Below, piece after piece: positions 1-9,963 of a stretch of 33,393 nt of DNA. The position numbers were made by a program, and so were the translations under genes. Each line of letters starts with the position of its first letter. Position 1 is the first letter of the stretch. Under the pieces are notes generated by a model, which was not told the origin of the DNA, searched no databases, and saw nothing but the letters and a program-made list of their open reading frames with translations. Source of the DNA: SAR202 cluster bacterium (GTDB lineage: Bacteria; Chloroflexota; Dehalococcoidia; Lucifugimonadales; JASMAO01); contig JASMAO010000007.1 of assembly GCA_030754315.1 (NCBI GenBank), positions 1-33,393 on the forward strand, written 5' to 3'.

Positions 1-1512
1 TTGTTTCGTAACATCACAAGCTTAGGTCTAATCCTAGCCGGATCCCTACTAAGCGCCTGCATTGTTGCTTCTGAAGACTCGAAACTCCCTCCAGTTCCGG
101 TCCCTGTACCTCTGACAACATCGGCTTCCATCCTTGAAACAAACACTCTGATTGCCCGGGTCGACGGTACTCTAGACATTCCGGGTGAACTCTACGTGGA
201 ATATTGGGCTCCTGGGATAGACCGGTTGCGTACTCCTGTCTTTTCATCCGAAGGGACGGGTTTTTCTGTTCATCTAGTTAGATTACAGGCAGCTACAAAC
301 TACAGCTATATAGTACTTGGCACCAACCGCGAAGCTGAAATTTCTATCGGACCCACAGGCAAATTTGTAACAGGGGATCTCCCTAAAATCTTGGACGAAG
401 CCAGATTCGACGTCATAAGTGGGGCATCTACCCATGATTTAACCTTCCTAGAATTCCGACAGGCTGGATTCATGGGACTAGTCGCCTTTGACACTAATGG
501 CCGCATAGTGTGGTACTTCGAAGGTCCAGAAGACGAACAGCCCTACATTATGGCGCAGAAACCTAACAGGAACATAATTTACATCGCAGGTCACAAGGGT
601 GGCACTACAGGAAAGGGTCTCGTTGAAATCAACCCTCTAGGTAAGGAAATCGATCGCCTAATAGACGAATGCTCGCCTTTCGGGCCGATTCATCACGATA
701 TTGACATTCTCCAAGATGGCCGCGTAATGTACCTCTCCCGAGATATCCAGCACCCCGGACATGGAGCCCCACCAAAACCCCAAGAGGGAGACACCATCGG
801 TATCTGGGATCAATCCAATAACCGTAACGACATCGTTTGGAACATATTCGACTACATTTCTCCTTCTGATCGTACTGTACCCGATTCAAACAGAACGTTG
901 CCTGGAAATCCTGTTTGGGGAGGTTGTGAACGTGACAGGAATGTCCAAGACTGGAGCCACGGAGAATCGCTGTCAACGGCTGAAGACGGGATGGTGTTGG
1001 CCTCATTCCGGCATTTGAATCAGATCATATCCATCTCCCCCGACTTCAATTCTGTCCAGTGGCGGCTTGGTGGACCGGGCAGTGATTTCAAATTCCCTGA
1101 TGTCACTGACAGGTTTCACCATCAACATTCTGTCATTGCCCTGCCGAACGGTAACGTCCTTCTATTTGACAACGGAAACTACCGTCCTGAGACTGAAGGA
1201 GGGGAATATTCCCGGGCTCTAGAACTCTCATTGAACATGACGACAATGACTGCAACAAAAGTTTGGGAGTACCGCCATGAGCCAGACATATTTTCGATAT
1301 GTTGCTCCAGTGTCTCGCGCCTTAGTAACGGCAACACCCTGATCCTATTTGGCAGCGTATTTGGAGATCTGTGCTGTAGGCCCTACGTCATTGTGGAGGT
1401 AACTTCTAAGGATAAAGTCGTGTGGAAAGTCAGACACACATCCACAAATAAAACAAGTCAGCAGCGGATTTACCACAGTGACTCCATAATGGGCGAAAGC
1501 TCAGCCAAATAG
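1..1512 (+). CDS. Arylsulfotransferase (ASST)-like beta-propeller lipoprotein; 5' end may be clipped by the window edge
   Basis: 503-aa ORF. The N-terminus is a signal peptide ending in the lipobox LLSA|C. Motifs GPIHHDIDIL, RFHHQHSV and LLFDNGNY resemble the ASST-type propeller family as I remember it. The first codon is TTG at nt 1, so the true start could lie upstream. Confidence 0.5.
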   Translation: MFRNITSLGLILAGSLLSACIVASEDSKLPPVPVPVPLTTSASILETNTLIARVDGTLDIPGELYVEYWAPGIDRLRTPVFSSEGTGFSVHLVRLQAATNYSYIVLGTNREAEISIGPTGKFVTGDLPKILDEARFDVISGASTHDLTFLEFRQAGFMGLVAFDTNGRIVWYFEGPEDEQPYIMAQKPNRNIIYIAGHKGGTTGKGLVEINPLGKEIDRLIDECSPFGPIHHDIDILQDGRVMYLSRDIQHPGHGAPPKPQEGDTIGIWDQSNNRNDIVWNIFDYISPSDRTVPDSNRTLPGNPVWGGCERDRNVQDWSHGESLSTAEDGMVLASFRHLNQIISISPDFNSVQWRLGGPGSDFKFPDVTDRFHHQHSVIALPNGNVLLFDNGNYRPETEGGEYSRALELSLNMTTMTATKVWEYRHEPDIFSICCSSVSRLSNGNTLILFGSVFGDLCCRPYVIVEVTSKDKVVWKVRHTSTNKTSQQRIYHSDSIMGESSAK

Positions 1513-1531
1513 TGACAAATTTTTGATAAAA

Positions 1532-1545
1532 ACCCGGACACGGGT
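1532..1545 (+). terminator. Weak candidate intrinsic terminator after the ASST-like gene
   Basis: ACCCG-gaca-CGGGT hairpin about 20 nt after the stop codon. The stem is only 5 bp and the downstream T-tract is poor (actcattcaatttta). Confidence 0.25.
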
Positions 1546-1675
1546 ACTCATTCAATTTTACGCCGCCTAAAGAAAATGAAGATCATAGTCGAGCCTCTCG
1601 GATCCTCTGAATCACGGTCTAACATCACGCCTATTCCGTTATTGAGTTAGAGAAGTGTGCCTACAACTTGAACCA

Positions 1676-1704
1676 TTGACACCCTAATGCTCCACTCGTA
1701 CACT
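1676..1704 (+). promoter_or_regulatory. Sigma70-like promoter for the 1744 gene
   Basis: TTGACA (1676-1681), 17-nt spacer, TACACT (1699-1704), about 40 nt upstream of the TTG start at 1744. Confidence 0.4.
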
Positions 1705-1743
1705 CGCCACTGTCAGGATAAGATCTAAGATAGGATTTACCCT

Positions 1744-3540
1744 TTGGCCACACGTTCTGACTTCATACTTTCGTGTACCGTCGACTTCCCAGACGATGTG
1801 TCACATGGCAGCTACACGCTAAAACTCCTAGACGAAATGATGGTTCAGATAAAGAGCATGGGAGTTAGTCGTATCTACTGGCTCTACTATGGGGACATAA
1901 ACCAAAACTCATATTGGGCCGGCAACCTATTCCAACACAGGTTGATGACCTATGGCCCACAGACCATCGACCGCATTGGAGAACCTTTGAAAGCAGCCGT
2001 GCCCATAGCACATAAGTACGGCATGGAGATCTATGGGGTGCTGAAGCCATATAACACCGGAGCATCTGGATCGTATCCGGAGGGGTCGGCTCTGGCCAAC
2101 GCTACTTCCCTAAAACGCATTGGGGGAACACTCTGGCAAGCCATTCCTTTCATACAAAGCCATCCAGAAGTGCGACTAAAGCGGCGGCCCGTGGAAATAC
2201 CAGACACTCTCAATTCAACCACAATTAAAAAGATCAGATTGGTGAAAAGCGATTCGTCTCCTACCCGAATAACAAGAAACCACCTACAGATTTGGACGAG
2301 TCAGGAAAACTGGAAATACACTCACAAAGACAATCTTAACTTCACCATCAAGGACGCTGTAGAGCCTGCACCGAGCGAGATTTGCGATTACTACGGCAAC
2401 CTAATAACTGCAAAAGCCGCCCCCGTCCGTACTCTGACGATAGAAGGACTCGATCTGAGAGATAAATACATACTTGTCACCACAGATTTCAACGATGGCA
2501 ACGGCGATTTCAGCAATACTGGTATCGGCATGATCGAGGCCTTCGGGGATGACTCATCACCGCTCCCCATTGAAGTGGCTACCCTCAGCACCGTTTGGAA
2601 TGGGCCGCGCGATTTTCGTACAGGTGGGCTGGAATTCGACTCCGGATTTGGCACACTAGCCGTAACGCTTGACAATAACAACCAAAAGCAAGAGGGCATT
2701 GACGAATGGGAATCACATCAGCGTGGTGGAGTTATCGCGTTCGCCCTTGGTAAAAACGACTACCTCCCATCAACGCCATGTGAAATCTATCCGGGGGTCA
2801 GAAAGCTTTGGGCAGGCTGGGTTGATCGTATCCTAGACACCGGGGTGGACGGCATAGACATACGAATCTCTCACCACGGCAGTATCGTTGATGAACCACT
2901 AGCATACGGATTTAACGAACCAATATTGGCGGAGTTTAGCCAACGATTTGGTGCTGAACCATCACATTCCTATGAAGACATACGACGGCTCGCAACCATA
3001 CGTGGAGATCATTACACAAATTTCTTCCGGGAGACCAGCAGGAAGACCCGAGAGCGAGGCAAGAAAATGCAGTTCCATCTCCACACTGAAGCCTTTCACT
3101 CAAAACCGGTGCACGGACAAGTAATTGGATTCCCACCAAACATCTTTTTCGATTGGAAATTGTGGATCGATGAGGGATTGGTCGATGGCATCACCTTCCG
3201 AACGAGCTGGTTCGAAGGATGGGAGGATCCTCCACAAGGCGAGCCAAACCGGCAACAACTGTCACGCTCACTAGGCGATCCGGTGGCAAGAGAAGCACTA
3301 AAATATGCTAATCAAGCTGAGGTGCCAGTATACCTAAACAGATACATATCACGCGCTGTCGGAAACGATGAGTACGTCGCCGACCTAAATAAAGTGTACA
3401 GGGACCCTAGATTCTCCGGTTTCGATATTTACGAGTGGGCCAGTCTGGCCCACTCAAATCCAGATGGTACCCTACTCGAACCGATTCTTGACGGCATCCA
3501 GAAAATTCGTTCGCAAACCCACAAACTAGGCTTTACTTGA
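1744..3540 (+). CDS. Hypothetical protein, possibly a glycoside-hydrolase-like (beta/alpha)8 barrel
   Basis: 598-aa uninterrupted ORF with a TTG start. Segments such as RIYWLYYGD, AHKYGMEIYGVLKPYN, GVDGIDIRISHHG and LVDGITFR look like strand-end motifs of TIM-barrel glycosidase-like proteins. I cannot name a family. No signal peptide seen. Confidence 0.35.
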   Translation: MATRSDFILSCTVDFPDDVSHGSYTLKLLDEMMVQIKSMGVSRIYWLYYGDINQNSYWAGNLFQHRLMTYGPQTIDRIGEPLKAAVPIAHKYGMEIYGVLKPYNTGASGSYPEGSALANATSLKRIGGTLWQAIPFIQSHPEVRLKRRPVEIPDTLNSTTIKKIRLVKSDSSPTRITRNHLQIWTSQENWKYTHKDNLNFTIKDAVEPAPSEICDYYGNLITAKAAPVRTLTIEGLDLRDKYILVTTDFNDGNGDFSNTGIGMIEAFGDDSSPLPIEVATLSTVWNGPRDFRTGGLEFDSGFGTLAVTLDNNNQKQEGIDEWESHQRGGVIAFALGKNDYLPSTPCEIYPGVRKLWAGWVDRILDTGVDGIDIRISHHGSIVDEPLAYGFNEPILAEFSQRFGAEPSHSYEDIRRLATIRGDHYTNFFRETSRKTRERGKKMQFHLHTEAFHSKPVHGQVIGFPPNIFFDWKLWIDEGLVDGITFRTSWFEGWEDPPQGEPNRQQLSRSLGDPVAREALKYANQAEVPVYLNRYISRAVGNDEYVADLNKVYRDPRFSGFDIYEWASLAHSNPDGTLLEPILDGIQKIRSQTHKLGFT

Positions 3541-3613
3541 ACTATGGAATAAGAATATCCAGCTATTATTTCCTCAAATTACACCTCTCCCATATATGTA
3601 GGAGCAACCGACA

Positions 3614-4702
3614 TTGACCATACGAATCCCCTGGGAAAATCCCCTTTTCGATAAAACCGAATTAACCTTATTGCAGCAAGTATTTGAAAAAAATACAGGT
3701 GATACCACTCTGGATTCATTCGAGTCAGCCCTCGGGGAATTTATCGGCAATCCTCGGGTCGTTACAGTGAATAATGGTACCCTAGCACTGCTGGTAGCGC
3801 TGATGCTAATCGACATTGGGCCTACCAACAAAGTCATCGCGCCAACTTATACGTTTGCATCTGTCGTAAACCCAATATTGATGCTAGGCGCCACTCCGAT
3901 CCTAGTAGATAGTCACCCCGACTCGATCAACCTAGACCTCGACGCAGTAGAGTTTGCACTGGAAAGAAACCCTGAAGTTAAAGCCATCCTCCATGTTGAT
4001 GTAGGAGGTGTGCCCCCAGACTACGACCGACTTCTGGATATAGCCGAACGATATGGCGTCACCGTTATAGAAGACGCTGCTGAAGCTTTGGGATCCGAAT
4101 ACAAGGGAGGCCGAGTTGGGGCACTGCCGCATATCGTGACATTGAGTTTCCAGACAGCAAAGCAACTGACCTGCTTTGAGGGTGGTGCAATACTGCTACC
4201 CAACGATCTAATGTATGAAAAATGTAGACTTTTACGTCATCATGGTATGTCAGCTCAATACGAACACACCGCCTTCGGGCTTAATTTCCGACTATCGGCT
4301 GTGAACGCTGCGATAGGGCTAGCCCAAATGAAACGCCTAGAAGAATTTCTCCAGCACAGGAACAAGATAATGGATATTTATAGATCCTACCTAGGTGGAG
4401 TCTTAAAATTCCAATCGCCTCCGATAAACGTCACTAGGATGTCTTGGGGAATGGCGATCGTTCAAGCTAGCTGCCGAGAGGAACGCGACAACACAATCGC
4501 GGCTTTGTCAAAAGCCGGAATACAGACTCGCATTAACTGGAAACCGGTTCACCAACAACCCTACCACAGTAAATTTCTTACCGGTAATTTCCCAATAGCA
4601 GACCATGTCTTCGATACAAGCTTCACTTTACCACTCAACAACGGTATGACCCTTGACGATGCTGTGTTCGTCGCAAAACAGGCTGTATCAGCTAATACCT
4701 AA
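3614..4702 (+). CDS. DegT/DnrJ/EryC1/StrS-family PLP-dependent sugar aminotransferase
   Basis: 362 aa. Family-typical blocks are FESALGEFIGNPRVVTVNNGTLAL, APTYTFASVVNPI and VIEDAAEALGSEYKG. The PLP-lysine block SFQTAKQLTCFEGG matches the consensus SFhxxKxxtxGEGG. GGAG lies 9 nt upstream of the TTG start. Confidence 0.85.
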   Translation: MTIRIPWENPLFDKTELTLLQQVFEKNTGDTTLDSFESALGEFIGNPRVVTVNNGTLALLVALMLIDIGPTNKVIAPTYTFASVVNPILMLGATPILVDSHPDSINLDLDAVEFALERNPEVKAILHVDVGGVPPDYDRLLDIAERYGVTVIEDAAEALGSEYKGGRVGALPHIVTLSFQTAKQLTCFEGGAILLPNDLMYEKCRLLRHHGMSAQYEHTAFGLNFRLSAVNAAIGLAQMKRLEEFLQHRNKIMDIYRSYLGGVLKFQSPPINVTRMSWGMAIVQASCREERDNTIAALSKAGIQTRINWKPVHQQPYHSKFLTGNFPIADHVFDTSFTLPLNNGMTLDDAVFVAKQAVSANT

Positions 4703-4791
4703 TCTCTTCTGAAAGACATCCAAACCAGACTTCTAAATTAAGCGATTCGAACAACGAACGAATAGTGCTTGCAGCATAAAGGAACATATTC

Positions 4792-5754
4792 ATGATGTTA
4801 ACTGACCGGCATATCAGCGACCCACAAGTTGCAGTGCTAATAGATTTTGAGAACGTCGGTCTCAGCGCAATACGTTGGCTTTTTGATCAGATCTCCGACG
4901 TGGGCAGAATCATAGTTAGGCGAGCCTACGCTGATTGGACGCAGTCCGGTCGAAATCAAAGGGATCATCTTCTGGAGTTGGGTATCGAACCGATACATCT
5001 ATTTCATTCCACGTCCGGGAAAAATTCAAGCGATATTCGCCTCGCGATTGATGCCGTGGAACTGCTTCACTCATCAACCGTAGACACGTTCGTGATAGTG
5101 TCCTCTGACAGCGATTTTGTACCACTGGTTAGTAGACTGCGTGCTGCAGGCAAAACTGTCATAGGGGCGGGTCGCAAAAAAACCGCATCTCGGACTTTAG
5201 TAATTTCTTGTGACCGTTACTATTATCTAGACGCTGGAGGAATCGAGCCTAAAATTCGACCTCAGTCCGCAGAAACACAAGAGGATAGTTTGCTAAAGAG
5301 GGCAGTGGAAGCTGCGATGAACGAGCAAGGGCAGGTAATCGGTAGCAAACTTATCCAGACTATTCAACGTCTCGACCCCAGCTTCAGTTTTCGTGGGCAA
5401 GGTTATAGCACATTCACCAAGTACCTCGAATCTGCTTCTGAGGTGAATGTGATCAGAACACGTGGACAAGGCGATGTAGCCGTTGAGCTTATCGATCCAG
5501 ACAAGCCTCCGACCATCAACATCTCTGCTGATTCTAATCGCTGGGGACCACTAATAGATTCCGAATGGTCAGGAAAAGCGCCTTTTACCGACCATCCCAT
5601 CTCAGGCACCGTAGCTGCATCAATCGCAGCCAATATCCTCGGGTATGAGAAGTTAAGTGATTCGCCATATAAAACCCTTCAACACTTACTCGACTCCAGT
5701 GACGTACTAGGGTCCAATTGGAGACGGGAACGGAATAAAATCATCAGGCGTTAG
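4792..5754 (+). CDS. NYN (LabA/DUF88-like) nuclease-fold domain protein with C-terminal OST-HTH/LOTUS domain
   Basis: 320 aa. NYN blocks are VAVLIDFENV, RRAYADW, GKNSSDIRLAIDA and FVIVSSDSDFVPLVSRLRAAGKTVIG. The following segment, LLKRAVEAAMNEQGQVIGSKLIQTIQRLDPSFSFRGQGYSTFTKYLES, fits an OST-HTH/LOTUS fold. Confidence 0.75.
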   Translation: MMLTDRHISDPQVAVLIDFENVGLSAIRWLFDQISDVGRIIVRRAYADWTQSGRNQRDHLLELGIEPIHLFHSTSGKNSSDIRLAIDAVELLHSSTVDTFVIVSSDSDFVPLVSRLRAAGKTVIGAGRKKTASRTLVISCDRYYYLDAGGIEPKIRPQSAETQEDSLLKRAVEAAMNEQGQVIGSKLIQTIQRLDPSFSFRGQGYSTFTKYLESASEVNVIRTRGQGDVAVELIDPDKPPTINISADSNRWGPLIDSEWSGKAPFTDHPISGTVAASIAANILGYEKLSDSPYKTLQHLLDSSDVLGSNWRRERNKIIRR

Positions 5755-6176
5755 GCCCACTTCCCAAAGGCAAGTGGTGTAATTACGGTGCACTTCTTTC
5801 GTATCCCTGCTGGGTCCAATCGGAGTCATGTTTTCTCTCCGGGATGACTCAAGCATAAGCCATTTTCGAATAATACTGCTACCCAACCAATCTCCGAGTT
5901 GGATCTATTTTTACATCTATGCCCCTTTTTGAGCTAGTGAAAAACAACTTGATGTATACACACCGACATTATCGTGTGTCTCCTCAATCATATTCCCCAC
6001 ATTCTCCGAAAAAACAACCTCTAATGAAGGGGATTCCCCCTAGTTTATTGTTGTTTTCTTAAAAAAGTCTCAGAAACAGAGCGTGTTTCTTCTTGAACCT
6101 ATACAGATTCTTGTTGATGATACGAGGAGTGTTTCTCTTTCACTCATAACGGTGGTAATTCGATGGGGCGGATACT

Positions 6177-7259
6177 ATGACTCTGCAAATTAAAAGACTA
6201 CAGCCTAGGCTTTCTCGAAGTGGCTTCCAGTACACGTTCTCCGGCGTCCTTACTCTAGTGGTTGCCATGCTATGTGGGGTCATCCTTACCGCAGTTGCTT
6301 GCAATTCGGGGGAAAATCGCCCATTGGTTTTTATTTCTGACAGGGACGGCAATCTGGATATCTATGCTGTCAATGTAGCGAGTGGTGACGAAAAAAACCT
6401 TACTGAAAGCCTTCAGGACGAATTTAACCCAATAGTGTCCCCCGATGGCAAGGTTATTGCCTTTCAGTCTGGAACCGAGGCGAACAGTATTCTGGAGACA
6501 ATGCATGTTGTTGACAGAGACCACACCTCCCGTCAAGCACTTACAAACAGTATGGGCAAGGATCGAGATCAAAGGTGGTCACCAAACGAGAAGCGTTTAG
6601 CTTTCATCCGAGAAACAGCTGACCGAACAAACCTTTATGTAATTAACTCAGATGGATCAGATGCCATGTCGCTGACATCAATCCCCGCTGACGAAATAGG
6701 TGGATGGTCACCTGGTGGCAAGGCAATTCTTTTCGCAGTGCGAGATGGCAAATATCAAGGAATCTACCAACGGAATCCAGACGGAGTCAACGAATACCAA
6801 CTGACTGACATTCCAGGCTACAGCCCGAGGTGGTCTCCCGACAATAAATTCATCGCTTTCATCTCCTCGTTTCAAGACGATAACCCCGATATATATATTA
6901 TGAGTGTTGATAGGATAAACCTGAATGAGAGTTTTGATAGGGCGAACCTGAAAAGAATTACAACCCCCGAGGCCGAGCATAGTTTATCCTGGTCACCGGA
7001 CTCAACTCTGCTACTCTTCGTCTCTGGAAAGGGTGACAACGCTGAGATTTACACCTTCGACGTAGAGAGTTCCGTGCGCAACCGCCTCACTCACAACGAT
7101 GTCCGTGACAACGAGCCCGTTTGGGAATCCAATAGCGAACGAATAGCATTCGTTTCTATGCTAGACGGTGATTCCGAGATATTCGTTATGAACTCTGATG
7201 GATCCAATCAGATACGCTTAACCAACGACACCTTCAACAACACTAGCCCTTCTTGGTAG
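6177..7259 (+). CDS. TolB-like PD40/WD40-like beta-propeller repeat protein, membrane- or lipid-anchored
   Basis: 360 aa with an N-terminal hydrophobic anchor (LTLVVAMLCGVILTAVAC). PD40-type units repeat, for example DIYAVN...SPDGKVIAF, WSPNEKRLAF...NLYVINSDGS, WSPDNKFIAF...DIYIM, WSPDSTLLLF...EIYTF and RIAFVS...EIFVMNSDGS. Confidence 0.75.
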   Translation: MTLQIKRLQPRLSRSGFQYTFSGVLTLVVAMLCGVILTAVACNSGENRPLVFISDRDGNLDIYAVNVASGDEKNLTESLQDEFNPIVSPDGKVIAFQSGTEANSILETMHVVDRDHTSRQALTNSMGKDRDQRWSPNEKRLAFIRETADRTNLYVINSDGSDAMSLTSIPADEIGGWSPGGKAILFAVRDGKYQGIYQRNPDGVNEYQLTDIPGYSPRWSPDNKFIAFISSFQDDNPDIYIMSVDRINLNESFDRANLKRITTPEAEHSLSWSPDSTLLLFVSGKGDNAEIYTFDVESSVRNRLTHNDVRDNEPVWESNSERIAFVSMLDGDSEIFVMNSDGSNQIRLTNDTFNNTSPSW

Positions 7260-7371
7260 CCAGTAAGGTAAACGATGCTGGATATTCAACGATAGCACTT
7301 TCACAAACGACTGGGAGTCTTTAGCAATAATCGGCTTTTCGTTAACAATCAACGGCATCCTGTAAATTCGT

Positions 7372-7401
7372 TTGGTCGCCATCTAGGCAGGCTGATATAA
7401 T
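7372..7401 (+). promoter_or_regulatory. Candidate promoter for proBA with an extended -10
   Basis: TTGGTC (7372-7377), 18-nt spacer, TGaTATAAT (TG at 7393-7394, TATAAT at 7396-7401), about 55 nt upstream of the proB ATG. Confidence 0.35.
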
Positions 7402-7457
7402 GGGAAAGGCAGGGATGCGCGGCTGACCATCCTTACCTCCCACCGAAAGGGCGCGCC

Positions 7458-8630
7458 ATGTCCACTCAGAAAATCTCAAAATCAACTGTGGACCAAAAGC
7501 CGCCCAATGTAAACCGGCCGCGCTACACCCGAATCGTCGTCAAGGTCGGTACTGCCCTACTCACCCATAGAAGTAACCGCCTAAACATTCAAACTCTGGC
7601 ATCGCTTGTTGAGCAAATCGCTCATCTCCATCTAAAAGGATACGAGATGCTGTTGGTCACTTCGGGAGCAGTGGCAGCAGGCCACCATGTGCTAGGCATA
7701 GACTCTACCAAAAAAAATGTTCCTTTGCGGCAAGTGCTTGCAGCGGCCGGTCAGGGCCGCCTGATGCACGTATACGAGCAACTCTTTGATTGGCACGGTA
7801 TTCCAGTTGCTCAAGCACTCTTAACCAGACGCGACCTCAGTGACCGGGTTGGGTACCTAAACATACGAAATACTTTGATGTCTCTACTGAATCTAAAAGT
7901 AATTCCTATCATAAACGAGAACGATGTTGTAGCTGTAGAAGAGCTAGACAGTGATGGCTTTGGTGACAACGACAATCTCTCAGCTATGGTAGCGAATTTC
8001 GTAGATGCAGACATGCTTATTATGCTCGGAGAGATAGATGGCCTGTACACTTCCGACCCTCACAAAGACTCTGCTGCTCGGTTAATCCCCCGGGTGGAAC
8101 GAATGACCGAAAGCATCGAGGCCCTGGGAGGTGTTTCATGGGACGAAAAAGGACGCGGTGGGATGGCAACCAAGTTAGAGGCTGCAAGGTTAGCTACAGC
8201 TTCGGGTGTTAATGTGGTCATCGCGGGGGGGCGTACACCTGATGTGATTACCTTACTGGCAAAAGGAGACGATATTGGCACTACTTTCCCGGCCTGTAGC
8301 ACAAAGATGGAAAGCAGAAAGCGTTGGATGCTGAGCGGCCTGTCCAATAAAGGCGAAATCAATGTAGACGACGGGGCTGCACGCGCATTGATAGACAACA
8401 ACCGTAGCCTTCTACCGGCCGGAATCAAAGAGGTGCGCGGCAATTTCAGCCGTGGCGACATCATAACTATCATTGCGACTGAGGGAAACGAAATCGCCGC
8501 GGGCATCTCCAATTACAATTCTGTAGACTTGGCTAAGATAGCCGGTACAAAATCCGACCTAATAAGCGAACTCCTTGGACACGACTATGGCGAAGAGGCC
8601 ATTCATCGAAATAACATGGTATTACTCTGA
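7458..8630 (+). CDS. proB: Glutamate 5-kinase with C-terminal PUA domain
   Basis: 390 aa. The amino-acid-kinase fold is shown by IVVKVGTALLT, LVTSGAVAAG and NENDVVAVEE..FGDNDNLSA. The C-terminal PUA-like segment is INVDDGAARAL...RGDII. The gene lies directly upstream of proA. Confidence 0.95.
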   Translation: MSTQKISKSTVDQKPPNVNRPRYTRIVVKVGTALLTHRSNRLNIQTLASLVEQIAHLHLKGYEMLLVTSGAVAAGHHVLGIDSTKKNVPLRQVLAAAGQGRLMHVYEQLFDWHGIPVAQALLTRRDLSDRVGYLNIRNTLMSLLNLKVIPIINENDVVAVEELDSDGFGDNDNLSAMVANFVDADMLIMLGEIDGLYTSDPHKDSAARLIPRVERMTESIEALGGVSWDEKGRGGMATKLEAARLATASGVNVVIAGGRTPDVITLLAKGDDIGTTFPACSTKMESRKRWMLSGLSNKGEINVDDGAARALIDNNRSLLPAGIKEVRGNFSRGDIITIIATEGNEIAAGISNYNSVDLAKIAGTKSDLISELLGHDYGEEAIHRNNMVLL

Positions 8631-8656
8631 GTTTCACAAAATATCGAGATAAATAT

Positions 8657-9931
8657 ATGACAACAGAATTAGACGAGCTAGGAAGCAAAGCTCGCGAAGC
8701 ACGAAAAGCATCTCTAAAACTTGCTCGTATCTCAAGCAGTGTCAAAGACCGGGCCCTCCATGCCATCGCAAACGGTATAGAGGAGCACACCGAGGAAATA
8801 CTAGAAGCCAATGAAGAGGATCTGAGTGCAGGTCATTTGGCTGGCCTTGCAGGTCCCTTACTCAATAGGCTCGCTCTAAGCAAAAGCAGTCTTGGATCCA
8901 TAGTAGCAGATGTTCGAAGAATCACCGCATTGCCAGACCCAGTCGGCGAGACCTTCGATTTTCAAGTACTCTCGAATGGCCTGAGAACCGGTAAAAGGCG
9001 TGTGCCTCTTGGAGTCATTGGTGTCATATACGAAAGTCGGCCAAATGTGACTATAGATATAGCATCTCTTTGTCTTAAATCTGGCAATGCCGTGATACTT
9101 AGGGGTGGCAAAGAAGCGCTCAATTCCAATACCACGCTTGCCAGGATATCTCGAGATTCAGTCGAAAAAGCAGGGGTGCCTCCGGAGGCGATACAAATCA
9201 TCGAATCAACAGACCGTGAATTGGTTAGTCAAATGCTAAGAATGAAGGATAGTATTGACTTGCTCATACCGCGCGGCAGCGTAGACCTTATTCGGAGAGT
9301 CGCAGCCGAAGCGACTATGCCAGCAATCACCGGAGGTGTTGGAGTATGTCACACCTACATCGACCATACCGCTAACTTGGAAATGGCGGTCGCCATCGCC
9401 AACAATGCAAAAGTCTCTTCACCCTATGTCTGTAACGCTATGGACACGCTGCTTGTGCATACATCAATTGCGCCAACGGCCTTGAATCAACTGGCGAATC
9501 TTTGGAGAATTTCAGGGGTAGAGATGAGATGTGACGACCGTGCCTTAGCCATCACAGAACAGGTCAAAGGGGTTCATGCTGTACCCGCTTCGGATGCTGA
9601 TTGGGGAACGGAATTCCTTTCAATGACAGCTGCAATAAAGATAGTTGATTCTCTAGACGAAGCAATATCGCACATCGATATATATGGCTCAGGTCACAGT
9701 GACGCCATCGTCACAGAGGATTATTCATCCGCAATGCGATTTTTAGACGAAGTCGACTCCGCGGTGGTTCTAGTCAACGCAAGCAGCCGATTTAACGACG
9801 GAGGTCAATTCGGTCTCGGCGCCGAGGTTGCGATTAGTACCAATAAAATACACGCAAGAGGACCAATGGGACTTAAAGAATTGACATCATACAAATGGAC
9901 AGTGCTCGGGACCGGGCAGGTAAGAGAATAA
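8657..9931 (+). CDS. proA: Gamma-glutamyl phosphate reductase
   Basis: 424 aa with ProA-typical blocks GVIGVIYESRPNVT and LRGGKEA. The catalytic-Cys block VCNAMDTLLVH matches the consensus vCNAxEtLLvH. The gene starts 26 nt after proB. Confidence 0.95.
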   Translation: MTTELDELGSKAREARKASLKLARISSSVKDRALHAIANGIEEHTEEILEANEEDLSAGHLAGLAGPLLNRLALSKSSLGSIVADVRRITALPDPVGETFDFQVLSNGLRTGKRRVPLGVIGVIYESRPNVTIDIASLCLKSGNAVILRGGKEALNSNTTLARISRDSVEKAGVPPEAIQIIESTDRELVSQMLRMKDSIDLLIPRGSVDLIRRVAAEATMPAITGGVGVCHTYIDHTANLEMAVAIANNAKVSSPYVCNAMDTLLVHTSIAPTALNQLANLWRISGVEMRCDDRALAITEQVKGVHAVPASDADWGTEFLSMTAAIKIVDSLDEAISHIDIYGSGHSDAIVTEDYSSAMRFLDEVDSAVVLVNASSRFNDGGQFGLGAEVAISTNKIHARGPMGLKELTSYKWTVLGTGQVRE

Positions 9932-9963
9932 AGCCGGTTTCTCCCGGCCAAGGTGAAAATCCT

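Noticed and set aside
5757-5777. Hairpin CCACTT-(9 nt)-AAGTGG just after the NYN gene stop, considered as a terminator
   Set aside because: The stem is short and AT-containing, and no T-tract follows.
8060-8512. 150-aa minus-strand ORF
   Set aside because: It is antisense to proB, whose identity is unambiguous. The composition is typical of antisense frames (Ser/Pro/Ala/Leu-rich).
9895-9963. Upstream extension of the small ORF after proA
   Set aside because: It overlaps the proA 3' end. The internal ATG at 9964 has an AAGGTGA-type SD.
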